Part shown: positions 1-9,836 of the stretch, piece after piece
How positions within the stretch are numbered: the stretch's first letter is position 1
Layout: the number at the start of each line of letters is the position of its first letter
Source: Candidatus Micrarchaeia archaeon
Lineage (GTDB): Archaea > Micrarchaeota > Micrarchaeia > Burarchaeales > Fermentimicrarchaeaceae
Direction of reading: 5' to 3'
Length of the DNA: 64,000 nucleotides
Assembly: GCA_038871515.1 (NCBI GenBank)
Contig: JAVZHX010000002.1
Coordinates: forward strand, 4,641-68,640
Notes under the pieces: model-generated
Databases searched by the model: none
Told to the model about the DNA's origin: nothing
The model's input: the letters and a program-made list of their open reading frames with translations, nothing else
Position numbers and translations under genes: made by a program

Positions 1-230
1 TTTGAGAGCTGAACTATGACGCGGGTGGTGCCTGTTGTTTGATTTACCTCAAGCTTGTAGCTGTTGCATGGCAAGCCTGGTTCAAAGGAGCACTGTCTTG
101 GGACAAAGCCAAGCGGGTTGAATCCACCATAGTAGATGAGGATGGCAAGCAGTATGAGAACTGCTACAAGAACCCACCCGTATGTGGTAAGAAACTCAAC
201 AGCTGTTTGGGCTTTCTTGTATATGGACAT
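1..230 (-). CDS. Class III signal peptide (archaeal pilin-like) protein, 5' part; runs off the window start
   Basis: Manual translation MSIYKKAQ|TAVEFLTTYGWVLVAVLILLAILIYYGGFNPLGFVPRQCSFEPGLPCNSY; prepilin motif; paralog of the N-terminus of 6063-9155. Not in the ORF track. Confidence 0.85.
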   Translation of the reverse strand, partial: MSIYKKAQTAVEFLTTYGWVLVAVLILLAILIYYGGFNPLGFVPRQCSFEPGLPCNSYKLEVNQTTGTTRVIVQLS

Positions 231-379
231 TTATAACATTTAAACATATATTTTATATTTAATACTTCCGTAGCATGGAGAAGAGGAAGTTTTGTATGGA
301 TGGTGGTGTATCCCCCTTGTAATTGGGTGATTACAAATAGAGAGTTCTAGATTATCCACTCTATGTTAAAGTTGCTGCC

Positions 380-1948
380 TTATTTCTCAAACATCTTCTC
401 CATGAACTTTCCAAAAGCAGGTCTTGTGATTGTTGCACCTATAATCACTTCAATTATCACAGATAATGCATAACCCATTATCTCAACTAAACCAGAGAAA
501 AGAAGCGGAAACATTGCAATAACAGAAATGAGCGCAACTGTTATAACAACAAAGAAAGCCCTTGCAATCCCAACCTTTGCACTTCTCTCCTCTTCCTCCT
601 TCTTCCCTCCAAGCATCTCATCGGTTATTATTATTTGGTCGTTCACTCCAGTTCCTGTTGCACCAATAACACCTGCCATCACTCCCAAGTCGATCGTTCC
701 AAGCACGGTTCCTACAACCGCAAGCGTTAAGCTCATCTCAAGAAGCACTGTTGCAATGATTGGCAGAACGATTTTCGGCTCCCTGTAGCGCAGGAATATC
801 ATGAAGGAGACTGCAAACGCGGAAGCAAACGCGCCAACTGCGCTGTATTTCAGAAACTCCTCACCAAGCGGAGCGGGAATTGTGGTGGGTGTTCCGATTA
901 TTATTCTCACCGGCAAAGCTCCTCCGCTGAGTATGCTTTTCAGCTTTCTCGTTTCAGCAAGCGCAGCCTCCCTTTTTGCATCAAGGGTTGCCCCCTTTGA
1001 GATAACTCCATTTATCTCGTAGAACTGATTAACCCTCCCCTCAGTAATATCCTTGCTGAGAACAGGTGAGGAGAGCAGGTTTATTGCGCTCCAGGAGTGC
1101 ACCATCAATCCCTCATCGCTCCAAGTAAGCTCTGGCTTCATCTCATCAGGCGTTTTGTTTATCACTTCATAATTCATCCTCTGCAACTCTTGAACAACCA
1201 CTGGATTGGCAGTGGTTGAAACAACTGCTCTTCTTTTTGTGGAATTTAACGCTTCAATCTCCTCCTTAACTGACTCAAAATCCTCCTCTATGAACACCCT
1301 TATTGTGTCGTTCTCCCTCCTGCTTGCTTTCTCAAGCACCCTTATCGCCTCAGTTTCGCTTATTGTCAAATTTCCTGGAAGCAGCTCAGACCTTTTCACA
1401 ACAACTATCGCATCATCAGGTCTGTCAAGGAACATATAAACAGGATAGTTAACCTTTCCGTAAACAACTGCAGCAAACCTCCTAGCTGCCTCCTGGTTTA
1501 TTGCAAATGAAACTGCCCATCTCACGTTGCTTCCCTGCAAACTTGGCGAAGCTTCCTTTATGCTGCCCGGCATCATATCCTCGCCAGAAACAGCAACTCT
1601 TCCATCAACAATTCCCTCAAACCTTCCCTGCTGTTTTAGTATTTTCTCAATTTCCTCAATCTGCGAGGGATCTCCTCTTGGCATCTCAACATAGATTTCT
1701 GAGCTTCCTATCCCTTTTACAACAACCTGGGACATTCCATATTTTGTAACCCTTGTCTTTATCGTATTCACAATATCGCTCATCTCAAGCTGGTTTACTG
1801 GTTTCTCAAGAGAGATGGGTATCCTTACCCCTCCAACAAACTCCAAACCAAAATGCAAACCCGGAGTTATTATAAGCAGAGCAGCAACTGCAATCGCAAC
1901 AAGCAGAATAATTATTTTCGGCTCCCTTAGTAGTTTTTCGTATTTCAT
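380..1948 (-). CDS. secD: Protein translocase subunit SecD
   Basis: N-terminal GLEFVGG motif, LSGGALP, C-terminal TM bundle with GTGVNDQIIITDE; follows secF. Confidence 0.93.
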   Translation of the reverse strand: MKYEKLLREPKIIILLVAIAVAALLIITPGLHFGLEFVGGVRIPISLEKPVNQLEMSDIVNTIKTRVTKYGMSQVVVKGIGSSEIYVEMPRGDPSQIEEIEKILKQQGRFEGIVDGRVAVSGEDMMPGSIKEASPSLQGSNVRWAVSFAINQEAARRFAAVVYGKVNYPVYMFLDRPDDAIVVVKRSELLPGNLTISETEAIRVLEKASRRENDTIRVFIEEDFESVKEEIEALNSTKRRAVVSTTANPVVVQELQRMNYEVINKTPDEMKPELTWSDEGLMVHSWSAINLLSSPVLSKDITEGRVNQFYEINGVISKGATLDAKREAALAETRKLKSILSGGALPVRIIIGTPTTIPAPLGEEFLKYSAVGAFASAFAVSFMIFLRYREPKIVLPIIATVLLEMSLTLAVVGTVLGTIDLGVMAGVIGATGTGVNDQIIITDEMLGGKKEEEERSAKVGIARAFFVVITVALISVIAMFPLLFSGLVEIMGYALSVIIEVIIGATITRPAFGKFMEKMFEK

Positions 1949-3120
1949 TTCTTCCCACCTTTCTCAACGCTCCAAAGGATCATAACAGCGCTCATGCACC
2001 ACGTTGCGAGTATATCGCCTATCAAACCGAATATCGCGACACTTGATATGTAGTAATATGTGCTTATCTGCGTTACAAGCGAGAGAGCGAACAGCACAGC
2101 AAAGCCGATTATTGAGACAAGAGACATCATAATGCCAGTTTTCATTGCTTCATATGCTCTGTTTATTGCAGTTCCCTCAGTTCTTTTCACAACTCTTGTT
2201 GTGAGCAGTATGCCTGTTTCAAGCGAGAAACCTATCAACATAAGTAACGCAGCTATTGAGGGAAGAGTAAGCGGTATTCCAAACAAACCCATCCCCCCAA
2301 GCGCAATGAGTATGTCAGCAAGCGTTCCAGCAAGCACGGCGACTGATGGAACAAACGCTCTGAAAATTATTATGACAAGCACTCCTGTGAGGAAGAAAGA
2401 CCAGGCAACAACCTCAATTGTTTTTGAAACAAAAAACTCGCTGAGGGATGGGCTTACATCCTGAAGGCTGAACTCAGCAACCTGCATGTTTGAGGATATC
2501 ACATCAAGTATCCTCTGCTTGTATATCTGCTTTGAACTTGCAGAGACGTTTGCAAGCAAGCTTTCCAGCGTTTTCGTGTCGGTTGCATTGCCCCTGTCAA
2601 CCTTTCCAACAAAAAACTCATAATCCCTTGCAACCGCATCCGCATAATGATTAAGTTCCTCCCTTGCTTTCGGCAGCCTTGCGTTTGCTTCTGCAAGCCT
2701 ACTCTGCAAACTTTCCCTTTCAAGCTGGGTGAGGTTACTTCTTTCAAGCTCAAGCGTGATTCTTGAAATATCATACTCCAATGTATTAACCTCCTCAACT
2801 CTTGAATAGAACTCCCTCATATCTCTTTCTCCGGCAGCTATCATCTCGTTCTGCTCTATCTCTATTTCAACTTTCTTTCCCAGAGGGCTTTCCAACACTT
2901 CAATTGAGACATCCCTCACCCCAAGCTCGCTTTTTAAGGAGGAAGCAAGCGCATCCTCATCAAACGAGCTGTTTGTCTGTATTGTTAGAAGAGTGCCTCC
3001 CCTCAAGTCAATTCCCATTGGTATGCTTTGCATAAAATAAAGGGAAACCAGCACAAAGACTAGCGGAAGCAGTATGAGCAGCTTGTAGTTACTTGATGTA
3101 TACGGATTCGGGATTTCCAT
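1945..3120 (-). CDS. secF: Protein translocase subunit SecF
   Basis: GIDLRGG motif, SIAALLMLIGFS, six TM segments; overlaps secD by 4 nt. Confidence 0.93.
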   Translation of the reverse strand: MEIPNPYTSSNYKLLILLPLVFVLVSLYFMQSIPMGIDLRGGTLLTIQTNSSFDEDALASSLKSELGVRDVSIEVLESPLGKKVEIEIEQNEMIAAGERDMREFYSRVEEVNTLEYDISRITLELERSNLTQLERESLQSRLAEANARLPKAREELNHYADAVARDYEFFVGKVDRGNATDTKTLESLLANVSASSKQIYKQRILDVISSNMQVAEFSLQDVSPSLSEFFVSKTIEVVAWSFFLTGVLVIIIFRAFVPSVAVLAGTLADILIALGGMGLFGIPLTLPSIAALLMLIGFSLETGILLTTRVVKRTEGTAINRAYEAMKTGIMMSLVSIIGFAVLFALSLVTQISTYYYISSVAIFGLIGDILATWCMSAVMILWSVEKGGKK

Positions 3121-3200
3121 TTTTTCACTTATGGGTTGTATTTTGAGATAGTATATTTAATAAGCATTTCCCGTGAAAATGGAATGTTAGGAGTGATTCT

Positions 3201-4124
3201 ATGAGAATGCTTGTGACTGGCGGGGCTGGTTTCATAGGGAGCAACATCGCAAAAAAGCTGGTTGAGCTTGGGAATGAGGTGACTGCTGTTGATAACCTTT
3301 CGCTTGGGAGAAAGGAGAATTTGAAGGGGTTGAAGCTGAAGTTTTATAAAATTGATTTGAGGGATGAGAAGGCAGTTGATGCTCTTTTTAGGAAAGGGAA
3401 GTTTGATTATGTTTTTCATGAAGCTGCTGCAAGCAGCGCTCCGATGTTTGATAACGACCCAAGAAATGCAACAGATGTTAACGTTAGAGGATTTATGAAT
3501 GTTATGCAGGGAGCGAAGGAGACTGGAGTTGAGAGAGTTATCTACGCAAGCACAAGTTCCATTTATCATGATTTAACTCCTCCCCACATTGAAAGCATGC
3601 TTGTCACTCCAAAATCATTCTACACAATCTCAAAATACTTCACAGAGCTTTGCGCAAAGCAATATTTGGATGAGCATGGAGTGGAAAGCATAGGGATGAG
3701 ATACTTTTCTGTTTACGGGCCGAATGAGTTGCACAAGGGAAAATATGCAAATATTATTTCACAGTTTCTTTGGGTGATGAGAAGGGGGGGAAAACCAGTG
3801 ATATACGGGGATGGGAAGCAGGGGAGGGATTTCACGTACGTGGATGATGTTGTTGACGCAAACCTTAAAGCGATGAAAACAGGAAAACCAGGTGAAGTTT
3901 ACAACATAGGAACTGGAAGGATAACAACTTTTAATGAGGTAGTTGAACTTCTCAATAAATTTCTGAAAAAAAGAATTAAACCAGAATACGTACCAAACCC
4001 AATTCACAACTACGTTCCTTTAACTGGAGCAAGCGTTGAGAAAGCAAGAAGGGAGCTTGGGTTTGTTGCAAGATACAGCTTGGAGGATGGAGTGAGAAAA
4101 CTTGTTGAGTTCTACTCAAAATAA
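3201..4124 (+). CDS. NAD-dependent epimerase/dehydratase (extended SDR)
   Basis: TGGAGFIG, YxxSK (YTISK), RYFSVYGP, RDFTYVDD. Confidence 0.93.
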   Translation: MRMLVTGGAGFIGSNIAKKLVELGNEVTAVDNLSLGRKENLKGLKLKFYKIDLRDEKAVDALFRKGKFDYVFHEAAASSAPMFDNDPRNATDVNVRGFMNVMQGAKETGVERVIYASTSSIYHDLTPPHIESMLVTPKSFYTISKYFTELCAKQYLDEHGVESIGMRYFSVYGPNELHKGKYANIISQFLWVMRRGGKPVIYGDGKQGRDFTYVDDVVDANLKAMKTGKPGEVYNIGTGRITTFNEVVELLNKFLKKRIKPEYVPNPIHNYVPLTGASVEKARRELGFVARYSLEDGVRKLVEFYSK

Positions 4125-5080
4125 GCTGGAGGGACGTACTTCAAATTTGAGAGGTGCTTCTCAAGCAAGCTTGCTGCCCTTCCAATTGAGTTCAAACCAT
4201 TCTGAGTTAGTGACGAGATGTCCGAAACTCCTTCGCTTCTCATAATTATGTCTGCAGACATTTCCCTTGCAATGTTCTGAATTAGGAATGATTTGCTTAC
4301 TTCATCTCCGGGGGATGAAATGAAGGCAAGCTCCTGAACAGAATCGTGAATTTCCCTCAACCTTGAGGGAGGAATCTCCTTCTTCCTCCTCATTCTTTTC
4401 AGCAAAGCAAGCTGTGCTTGGTGCATTATCTCAAGGTTGTCCATAACCGCTCTCACTCTGTTTATATGCTCCTTTATAGGAAGCTCTGCTTTTATCCCAC
4501 ACAGCTTCATCAGCTCATCCCTTCTTCTCTGAAGCTTTCTGCTTTCCCTCTCAAAAGAATGAAGCTCATCCTTCAGCCTTTCTCTGACTTCAACGAGTTG
4601 CACTCCTTTTCCAACTCTCTCTATTTCTGCATCAACCTTTGAAGCAAGGGAGCGACTTCCAAGAAAACTTCCAAGCACTCCAAATGTGCCTGCAGCTCCT
4701 GCGATGAGCAAACCACTTCCAGAAGCCAGCGCAGCTGCCAATGCCCCAGCAGCTTCTGCCCCAGCAAGAGCAACCCAAAGCTTCCGCGCATTTTCAATGC
4801 TTCTTTCAACATTTCTCCTCACATAGTAGAAATCGCTTGATGCTTTTGGGAGGTTTGACTGTGTAATCTTCTTCAAACTTTCCTCAACAAGCTTTCTCTC
4901 CATTTCCAGCTCCTCAATTCTCTTTTTAATCTCGCTGAGCTCCTTTACCACAAGTTTTTTGTCAACCCACTTCAGCTCGTTTAGCCTGTCTGCTTCCGCT
5001 GAGTCAACAAAAAAAGTCTCTTCCGCAACCTGGGAGGGTTTGAGGGCTAACCCTCTGCCATTCGCCATTACGGTCGCCAA
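4112..5080 (-). CDS. Hypothetical coiled-coil protein with central Gly/Ala-rich hydrophobic hairpin (start may be ATG at 5068)
   Basis: Long ORF with host-like composition; coiled coils flank AGAEAAGALAAALASGSGLLIAGAAGTFGVLGSFLG. Confidence 0.75.
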   Translation of the reverse strand: MATVMANGRGLALKPSQVAEETFFVDSAEADRLNELKWVDKKLVVKELSEIKKRIEELEMERKLVEESLKKITQSNLPKASSDFYYVRRNVERSIENARKLWVALAGAEAAGALAAALASGSGLLIAGAAGTFGVLGSFLGSRSLASKVDAEIERVGKGVQLVEVRERLKDELHSFERESRKLQRRRDELMKLCGIKAELPIKEHINRVRAVMDNLEIMHQAQLALLKRMRRKKEIPPSRLREIHDSVQELAFISSPGDEVSKSFLIQNIAREMSADIIMRSEGVSDISSLTQNGLNSIGRAASLLEKHLSNLKYVPPAYFE

Positions 5081-5110
5081 ATTAACATTCTCTTCGGGGG
5101 TATTTAACTT

Positions 5111-6022
5111 TTATGGTTTTAACTTACTTACCTTATTCAGTAGCTCCTCAGCCCTCTCCTGAAGCTCCTGCTTTCTCTCCATCCTTCTCTCAGGAGAGCG
5201 CCCTGAAACCTTTTCATAAATCCAGTCAACTCCATAAGAAAGAAAACCGCTTACCACCACATAGGAAGCAACCCAGGAAACAAGATGAATAGTTTCTATA
5301 ATTGGGTCTGGGTTGAATGAAGGCGGTTGGTATGGTTGGGAGCGTATGAAACCCTCCAAGTAGTTTGAAACCATATCCGCATATGGTTTGTAGTACGGAA
5401 GGGAAACAAGCGCGCCAATTGAACCCGCGAAACCTTCAACCCTACTCCCAAAAGCAGATGCCATTCCTTTTTTGCTCTCTTTTTTGATATCCGAGAAAAG
5501 CTTTTTAGTTTCCTTAATCAGTTTCTTTATCTCATCCTTTCTCTCACCCTCCGCTGTGGAAAGCTCATGCTTCAGCTTGGAGGCGATAGCTGATTTGTAT
5601 GAATCAAGCTCGGAAAGCTCTATTTTCCTTGCATCGGAGAATGCTTTTGTATCGCTTCTATTCTTCGCCCAGGCAACCAGCTCAGATATTGCAATTCCCG
5701 CCCCAAACAGAACATTGCCTCTGTTTGCTGCAAGCAATAAAGACGTTGAATCCGCAACACCTGCACCTGCGTTCAGAATTTTGCTTGGCTGGGATAACTC
5801 AGAAAGAGAGAAAATTCTGTCTATTTTTTCTTTAATCTCCTCCTTTGTTGGAAGTGGTACATCCACCGGTTTTTGCCTTCTGATAATGCGGGAGATGAGG
5901 CTTTTTTCATGAAGCTTCTTCACTTCCTCAACTTCCGGAGTTTTTACTTCAGGTATTTTTGGAGTTTCCACTTCTACTTTTGGAACTTCCATATCTTTTA
6001 TCCTGAACTCCTTCCTTCGCAT
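5111..6022 (-). CDS. Hypothetical helical membrane-associated protein (start 6022 or 5992)
   Basis: ORF-track start overlaps the upstream gene, so moved to the first ATG clear of it; EVPKVEVETPKIPEVKTP linker, hydrophobic segments. Confidence 0.7.
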   Translation of the reverse strand: MRRKEFRIKDMEVPKVEVETPKIPEVKTPEVEEVKKLHEKSLISRIIRRQKPVDVPLPTKEEIKEKIDRIFSLSELSQPSKILNAGAGVADSTSLLLAANRGNVLFGAGIAISELVAWAKNRSDTKAFSDARKIELSELDSYKSAIASKLKHELSTAEGERKDEIKKLIKETKKLFSDIKKESKKGMASAFGSRVEGFAGSIGALVSLPYYKPYADMVSNYLEGFIRSQPYQPPSFNPDPIIETIHLVSWVASYVVVSGFLSYGVDWIYEKVSGRSPERRMERKQELQERAEELLNKVSKLKP

Positions 6023-6062
6023 AAGTTGAATTGTGAAGTTCAAAGTATAAAAATGCACCCGC

Positions 6063-9000
6063 TTAACCACAAGAAACACAGCCAAGGCAGTTCTGGAAGT
6101 TGCCTGAGAAGTAATTGTTTGAAAGCGTTGGTTGAGTCGTATAGCTGTAGCAGTGTATTCCATAGGTGTTGCTTGTGATAGTATTATTGGTTATATTTGT
6201 TGGGTAATTTGATAGAGTAAAGTTCACCCCTACTATTGACGAGCTTATAACATTACCAGTGATATTAACATTGTTAGAATTTTTGAGGAATAACCCATTA
6301 CCACCACAAGAGTTGAATATTGAGTTGTTCTGTATATAGGAAACTTCGGATGGATATTCTGTATAGATTCCATAATTCACAAAACGTCTGATTGTGTTAT
6401 TTGCGATTACAAAGCTTGAATTCAGAGATAGTATACCATTCCACATACAGGCTGGTGATGCCGGACCCATGGTATTGTTGAGTATCTCTGCTGTGGAATT
6501 TGAGATGTAAACTGCATAGGAAGGTGAACCTGTGAAGTTGTTGTTTTCCACCCGCACCAAACTTGAGTCTGTTATGTTGACGCCACTCCCAACAATTGTG
6601 TTGTTTGATATGTTGGTTCCTGGGGAGCCAATCACAAGAACATAGTCAATATTCTTGCTATCCTTCAGTACAGCTCCCGGCGTATTGATTAAATAAATTT
6701 TGTAAGATGGTTTATAGGAACCCTCCTGATTTAGATTCAACCTGATTATGCTGATATTTTCAGAGGCATCATAGATATTCGGGAAGGTGTTCCGTATTAT
6801 TCTCCAGCAACCGTAAAGGTTGTTGTCGATAAACGTGTTATTTGGTGAGCCAGTTAACCTTATCTCGCCACCCCCATCAGCGGAACATCCTATAGTTTGG
6901 AGGGAGTTATTTATGAAAATGTTGCCGGATGACCGGATCATCTCAATTGGGATGAATCCGTAGTTGTATTCCGAGTTATTTATTTCATTGTTTTCAAATA
7001 TATTAAAATCAGCATACAACATATCCACGCCAAAAAAATGGAAGTCTCTTATACGGTTGTTTGAGATGTTGTTTTGGTTGGAGAAGTGGAGGGTGAGTTC
7101 ATCATCACATTCCTCCATATAGTTTTCCACAATCTGGTTACCTGAAGAGTACTCCTCCAGCTGTATCGCGGGACCGGCGAAGCCAGTGATGACACTATTG
7201 CCATCTATGAAGTTCTTTGATACTGTGTTGTTGGATGAGCGGATAAGCCAAATTGATGGATTGATGGTGCCTTCTGACCAATCGGAACCATAGTAGAAGC
7301 CCCATAGTGCATTTATTGTGTTATTTGATATGAAGTTGTTATTTGAGTTGTTCAAGTAAAGCGCTGTGTATAAGCTGTCGAATACATTCCTCTGAATTGA
7401 ATTGTTATTTGAGTAGTTAAGCACCACACCAATAAGGGAGGTTCCATCTCCTCTAAATGTATTGCCTTGGATTACAGTATTGTTGATACTTATGAAAAGT
7501 CCTGTTCTATAATCCACAATCTTATACGCCTCCCTATCCTTTCTTGAGGATACATTAAATCCACAGTGACTTATATACGAATTCCTCATCTCAAAACTTC
7601 TTGCATTGGGCTTCACCCAGAATGTATAGTGTCTATACGAGCTTGAGGTGATATTTGAACTATCCCAGGTGGTTAGTGGATTGTTATCCTTATCTGAGAT
7701 TAAGAAGCTGCTTTCTCTATTCATAAACACCCCACGCTCACCCTGGTATGAACCATTAAAAATCAGCTTCACATTCCTGAAAGTCAAATCACCCCACTTC
7801 TTTATGTAACCTATTTCCACAGATATGTTCAAATTTCCATTCAGGGTTATTGTCGCGTCCTCGCAAACAACTTTTTTATCAATTATCCAATCCCCCTTCA
7901 CAGGTGCATTACACGCCTGGCACTCAACAACCTCAACAAGCGTTGAGTTAAGCAGATGAACACCAAACTCATCCATATCCGCCCTTGCAGTTATGTTCAC
8001 TTTCTCAAGTTTGTTGTCAGTGAAGTAAGCAACAGCCAAACCACCTTCATTTGTTATTTCTGGTGAAGGGGAAAGAGATGAGGTTCCTGTTGCATTGTGG
8101 GAGAATGAAACCTCGATATCTTTTATTGGCTTATTTCCAGCATCAAGCACGTTTGCTATTATGTACGAACCTCCTCCGCATTTGCCTAGGTATCTGTCAT
8201 ACGCGGTAAGCAGTAGCTTTGCTGGAATAGCGCGGAATGTAACTGTTGTTTCGTTTGAGATTATTGCAGTTGCGGTCACCTTTGCAACTCCGCTTTGTTT
8301 TGACTTGAGAAGAACTGATGTTTCACCAGATGAGTTTGTTGTGTTTAAATAACTGCTCAGGTTACCTATTGGAATGGAGGAGAAGCTAACCTCAATATTT
8401 GCCATTGGGCTGCCAGTTTTGTTAAGAACTTTTGCGATTATCACTGAGAACTGCTCTCCATCTGGGGTTACGATATTTGGTAAAGCAGTGAGAATAATGG
8501 TAGTTGGGGGAGGGCAGTCGGCAGGGCAGTTGAATGGAGTTTCATCTCCAATGCAGAAGCCATCACCGCAGAAATATGTTGGTTGTGTATATCTTTCCAT
8601 GGGCGTTATTACATTCCCAGTGGAGGTATGGTTTGTTCCAAGCATGCAGCTTCCATTAACAAGATAGTTTGGGTCTGAAAAGCAGTTTGTATAGTTAAGC
8701 TCAACTTGGAAGTTGAGCTTCTTACCAGTAGATGGAATTGCTTCCCTGTCGTATATCTCAAATGTGCATGTGAATACTTCACCTTTCTTTATCACATATG
8801 GCAGTTTGGGTGAGCAGTTTCCCAGGTAGGTTTGCTTTCCTGGTTTGCCTATATTTTCAACGTGTATGGCTGCTGAGTTGTTGGAGAGCGCAATATCGTA
8901 ACCTAGATTGTTTGAGAGCTGAACAAAAAACCTCATTGGTGTGCCCAACCCCCCTCCTGGTGGAAGAACTATTTCCCTTTCCTGAAATCTGTATGAAACA

Positions 9001-9155
9001 CAGGGAAGGTTTGGGTCAAATGTGCATTGATTGGGTAGAACACCGGTGACATTGAAGAATCCATAGGTGTATAGAATGAGGATGAGGAGGATTGCTGCGA
9101 ATATCACCCATCCGTATGTTGTGAGAAACTCAACAGCTGTTTGGGCTTTTTTCAT
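6063..9155 (-). CDS. Large surface protein: class III signal peptide/pilin domain, Cys module, two Big-1 (invasin-type Ig) domains and parallel beta-helix (NosD/CASH-like) repeats
   Basis: MKKAQ|TAVEF; CGDGFC..CPADC; repeated V.FS...G.LS....TN..G.A.V Ig pattern; many SNNNxIxxNxI coils; GGTGA RBS. Confidence 0.85.
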   Translation of the reverse strand: MKKAQTAVEFLTTYGWVIFAAILLILILYTYGFFNVTGVLPNQCTFDPNLPCVSYRFQEREIVLPPGGGLGTPMRFFVQLSNNLGYDIALSNNSAAIHVENIGKPGKQTYLGNCSPKLPYVIKKGEVFTCTFEIYDREAIPSTGKKLNFQVELNYTNCFSDPNYLVNGSCMLGTNHTSTGNVITPMERYTQPTYFCGDGFCIGDETPFNCPADCPPPTTIILTALPNIVTPDGEQFSVIIAKVLNKTGSPMANIEVSFSSIPIGNLSSYLNTTNSSGETSVLLKSKQSGVAKVTATAIISNETTVTFRAIPAKLLLTAYDRYLGKCGGGSYIIANVLDAGNKPIKDIEVSFSHNATGTSSLSPSPEITNEGGLAVAYFTDNKLEKVNITARADMDEFGVHLLNSTLVEVVECQACNAPVKGDWIIDKKVVCEDATITLNGNLNISVEIGYIKKWGDLTFRNVKLIFNGSYQGERGVFMNRESSFLISDKDNNPLTTWDSSNITSSSYRHYTFWVKPNARSFEMRNSYISHCGFNVSSRKDREAYKIVDYRTGLFISINNTVIQGNTFRGDGTSLIGVVLNYSNNNSIQRNVFDSLYTALYLNNSNNNFISNNTINALWGFYYGSDWSEGTINPSIWLIRSSNNTVSKNFIDGNSVITGFAGPAIQLEEYSSGNQIVENYMEECDDELTLHFSNQNNISNNRIRDFHFFGVDMLYADFNIFENNEINNSEYNYGFIPIEMIRSSGNIFINNSLQTIGCSADGGGEIRLTGSPNNTFIDNNLYGCWRIIRNTFPNIYDASENISIIRLNLNQEGSYKPSYKIYLINTPGAVLKDSKNIDYVLVIGSPGTNISNNTIVGSGVNITDSSLVRVENNNFTGSPSYAVYISNSTAEILNNTMGPASPACMWNGILSLNSSFVIANNTIRRFVNYGIYTEYPSEVSYIQNNSIFNSCGGNGLFLKNSNNVNITGNVISSSIVGVNFTLSNYPTNITNNTITSNTYGIHCYSYTTQPTLSNNYFSGNFQNCLGCVSCG

Positions 9156-9164
9156 ATTATCACC

Positions 9165-9728
9165 TCAATCCCAGAAGTAATCGCTCCACACATAAACTTT
9201 CATCAATGCTGCTGAGTTGTTGTATAGAACAACTCTATCAACTTTTGAAATTGTTTTTGAAGTCATCTCATTGTATTGCTTGCCTGCAAGTATATCTATT
9301 CCATTCAATTTTATTCTGCTTTCAACGCTGTTGTTTATTTCAACCAGCTCAAAGAAAAAATCATATCTTGAACGTAGCTTTGTTTTTGCAAATGAGTAGT
9401 TTCTCAAGCTTATCTGGCGGAACTTATAGACTTTATCAATAGAAAGTGTATTGCTATCCCATTTATCAACAATTCCAAACTGCTGGACAACCCCCCATGT
9501 ACCTTGATCATCCAGATTAACCAATTCATTCCAGTTTGGGGGTATCCCCGGTGACATAAGCAAATCGCTTACCTTTATTGACTCCTTAGCGATCAAATCC
9601 TTATTTTCCGAGATATTTGTCTGAGTGCTCCACCAGAAAAAAGCAAGTATTCCCATAGCTATTGCGAATATTATTGAACCTATTATTAAATCATAGGACC
9701 ATATCTGCCCTTTCTTCCACCCAGCCAA
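9165..9728 (-). CDS. Class III signal peptide pilin-like protein
   Basis: Probable TTG start, WKKGQ|IWSYDLIIG plus hydrophobic helix; LLMSPGIPPNWN motif shared with 60830-62233. Confidence 0.8.
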   Translation of the reverse strand: MAGWKKGQIWSYDLIIGSIIFAIAMGILAFFWWSTQTNISENKDLIAKESIKVSDLLMSPGIPPNWNELVNLDDQGTWGVVQQFGIVDKWDSNTLSIDKVYKFRQISLRNYSFAKTKLRSRYDFFFELVEINNSVESRIKLNGIDILAGKQYNEMTSKTISKVDRVVLYNNSAALMKVYVWSDYFWD

Positions 9729-9836
9729 GCAATCCCCGTATAATAAATTGCTGATATAATTTAAATGTTTGTGAGTTTTAAGTGAGAAATGTTTATATAC
9801 AAACATCCACAATAGTAGAACAAAGGAGGTGCTTTA

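Noticed and set aside
39..236. ORF-track 65-aa + strand ORF
   Set aside because: It is the antisense shadow of a clear prepilin gene on the - strand (1-230).
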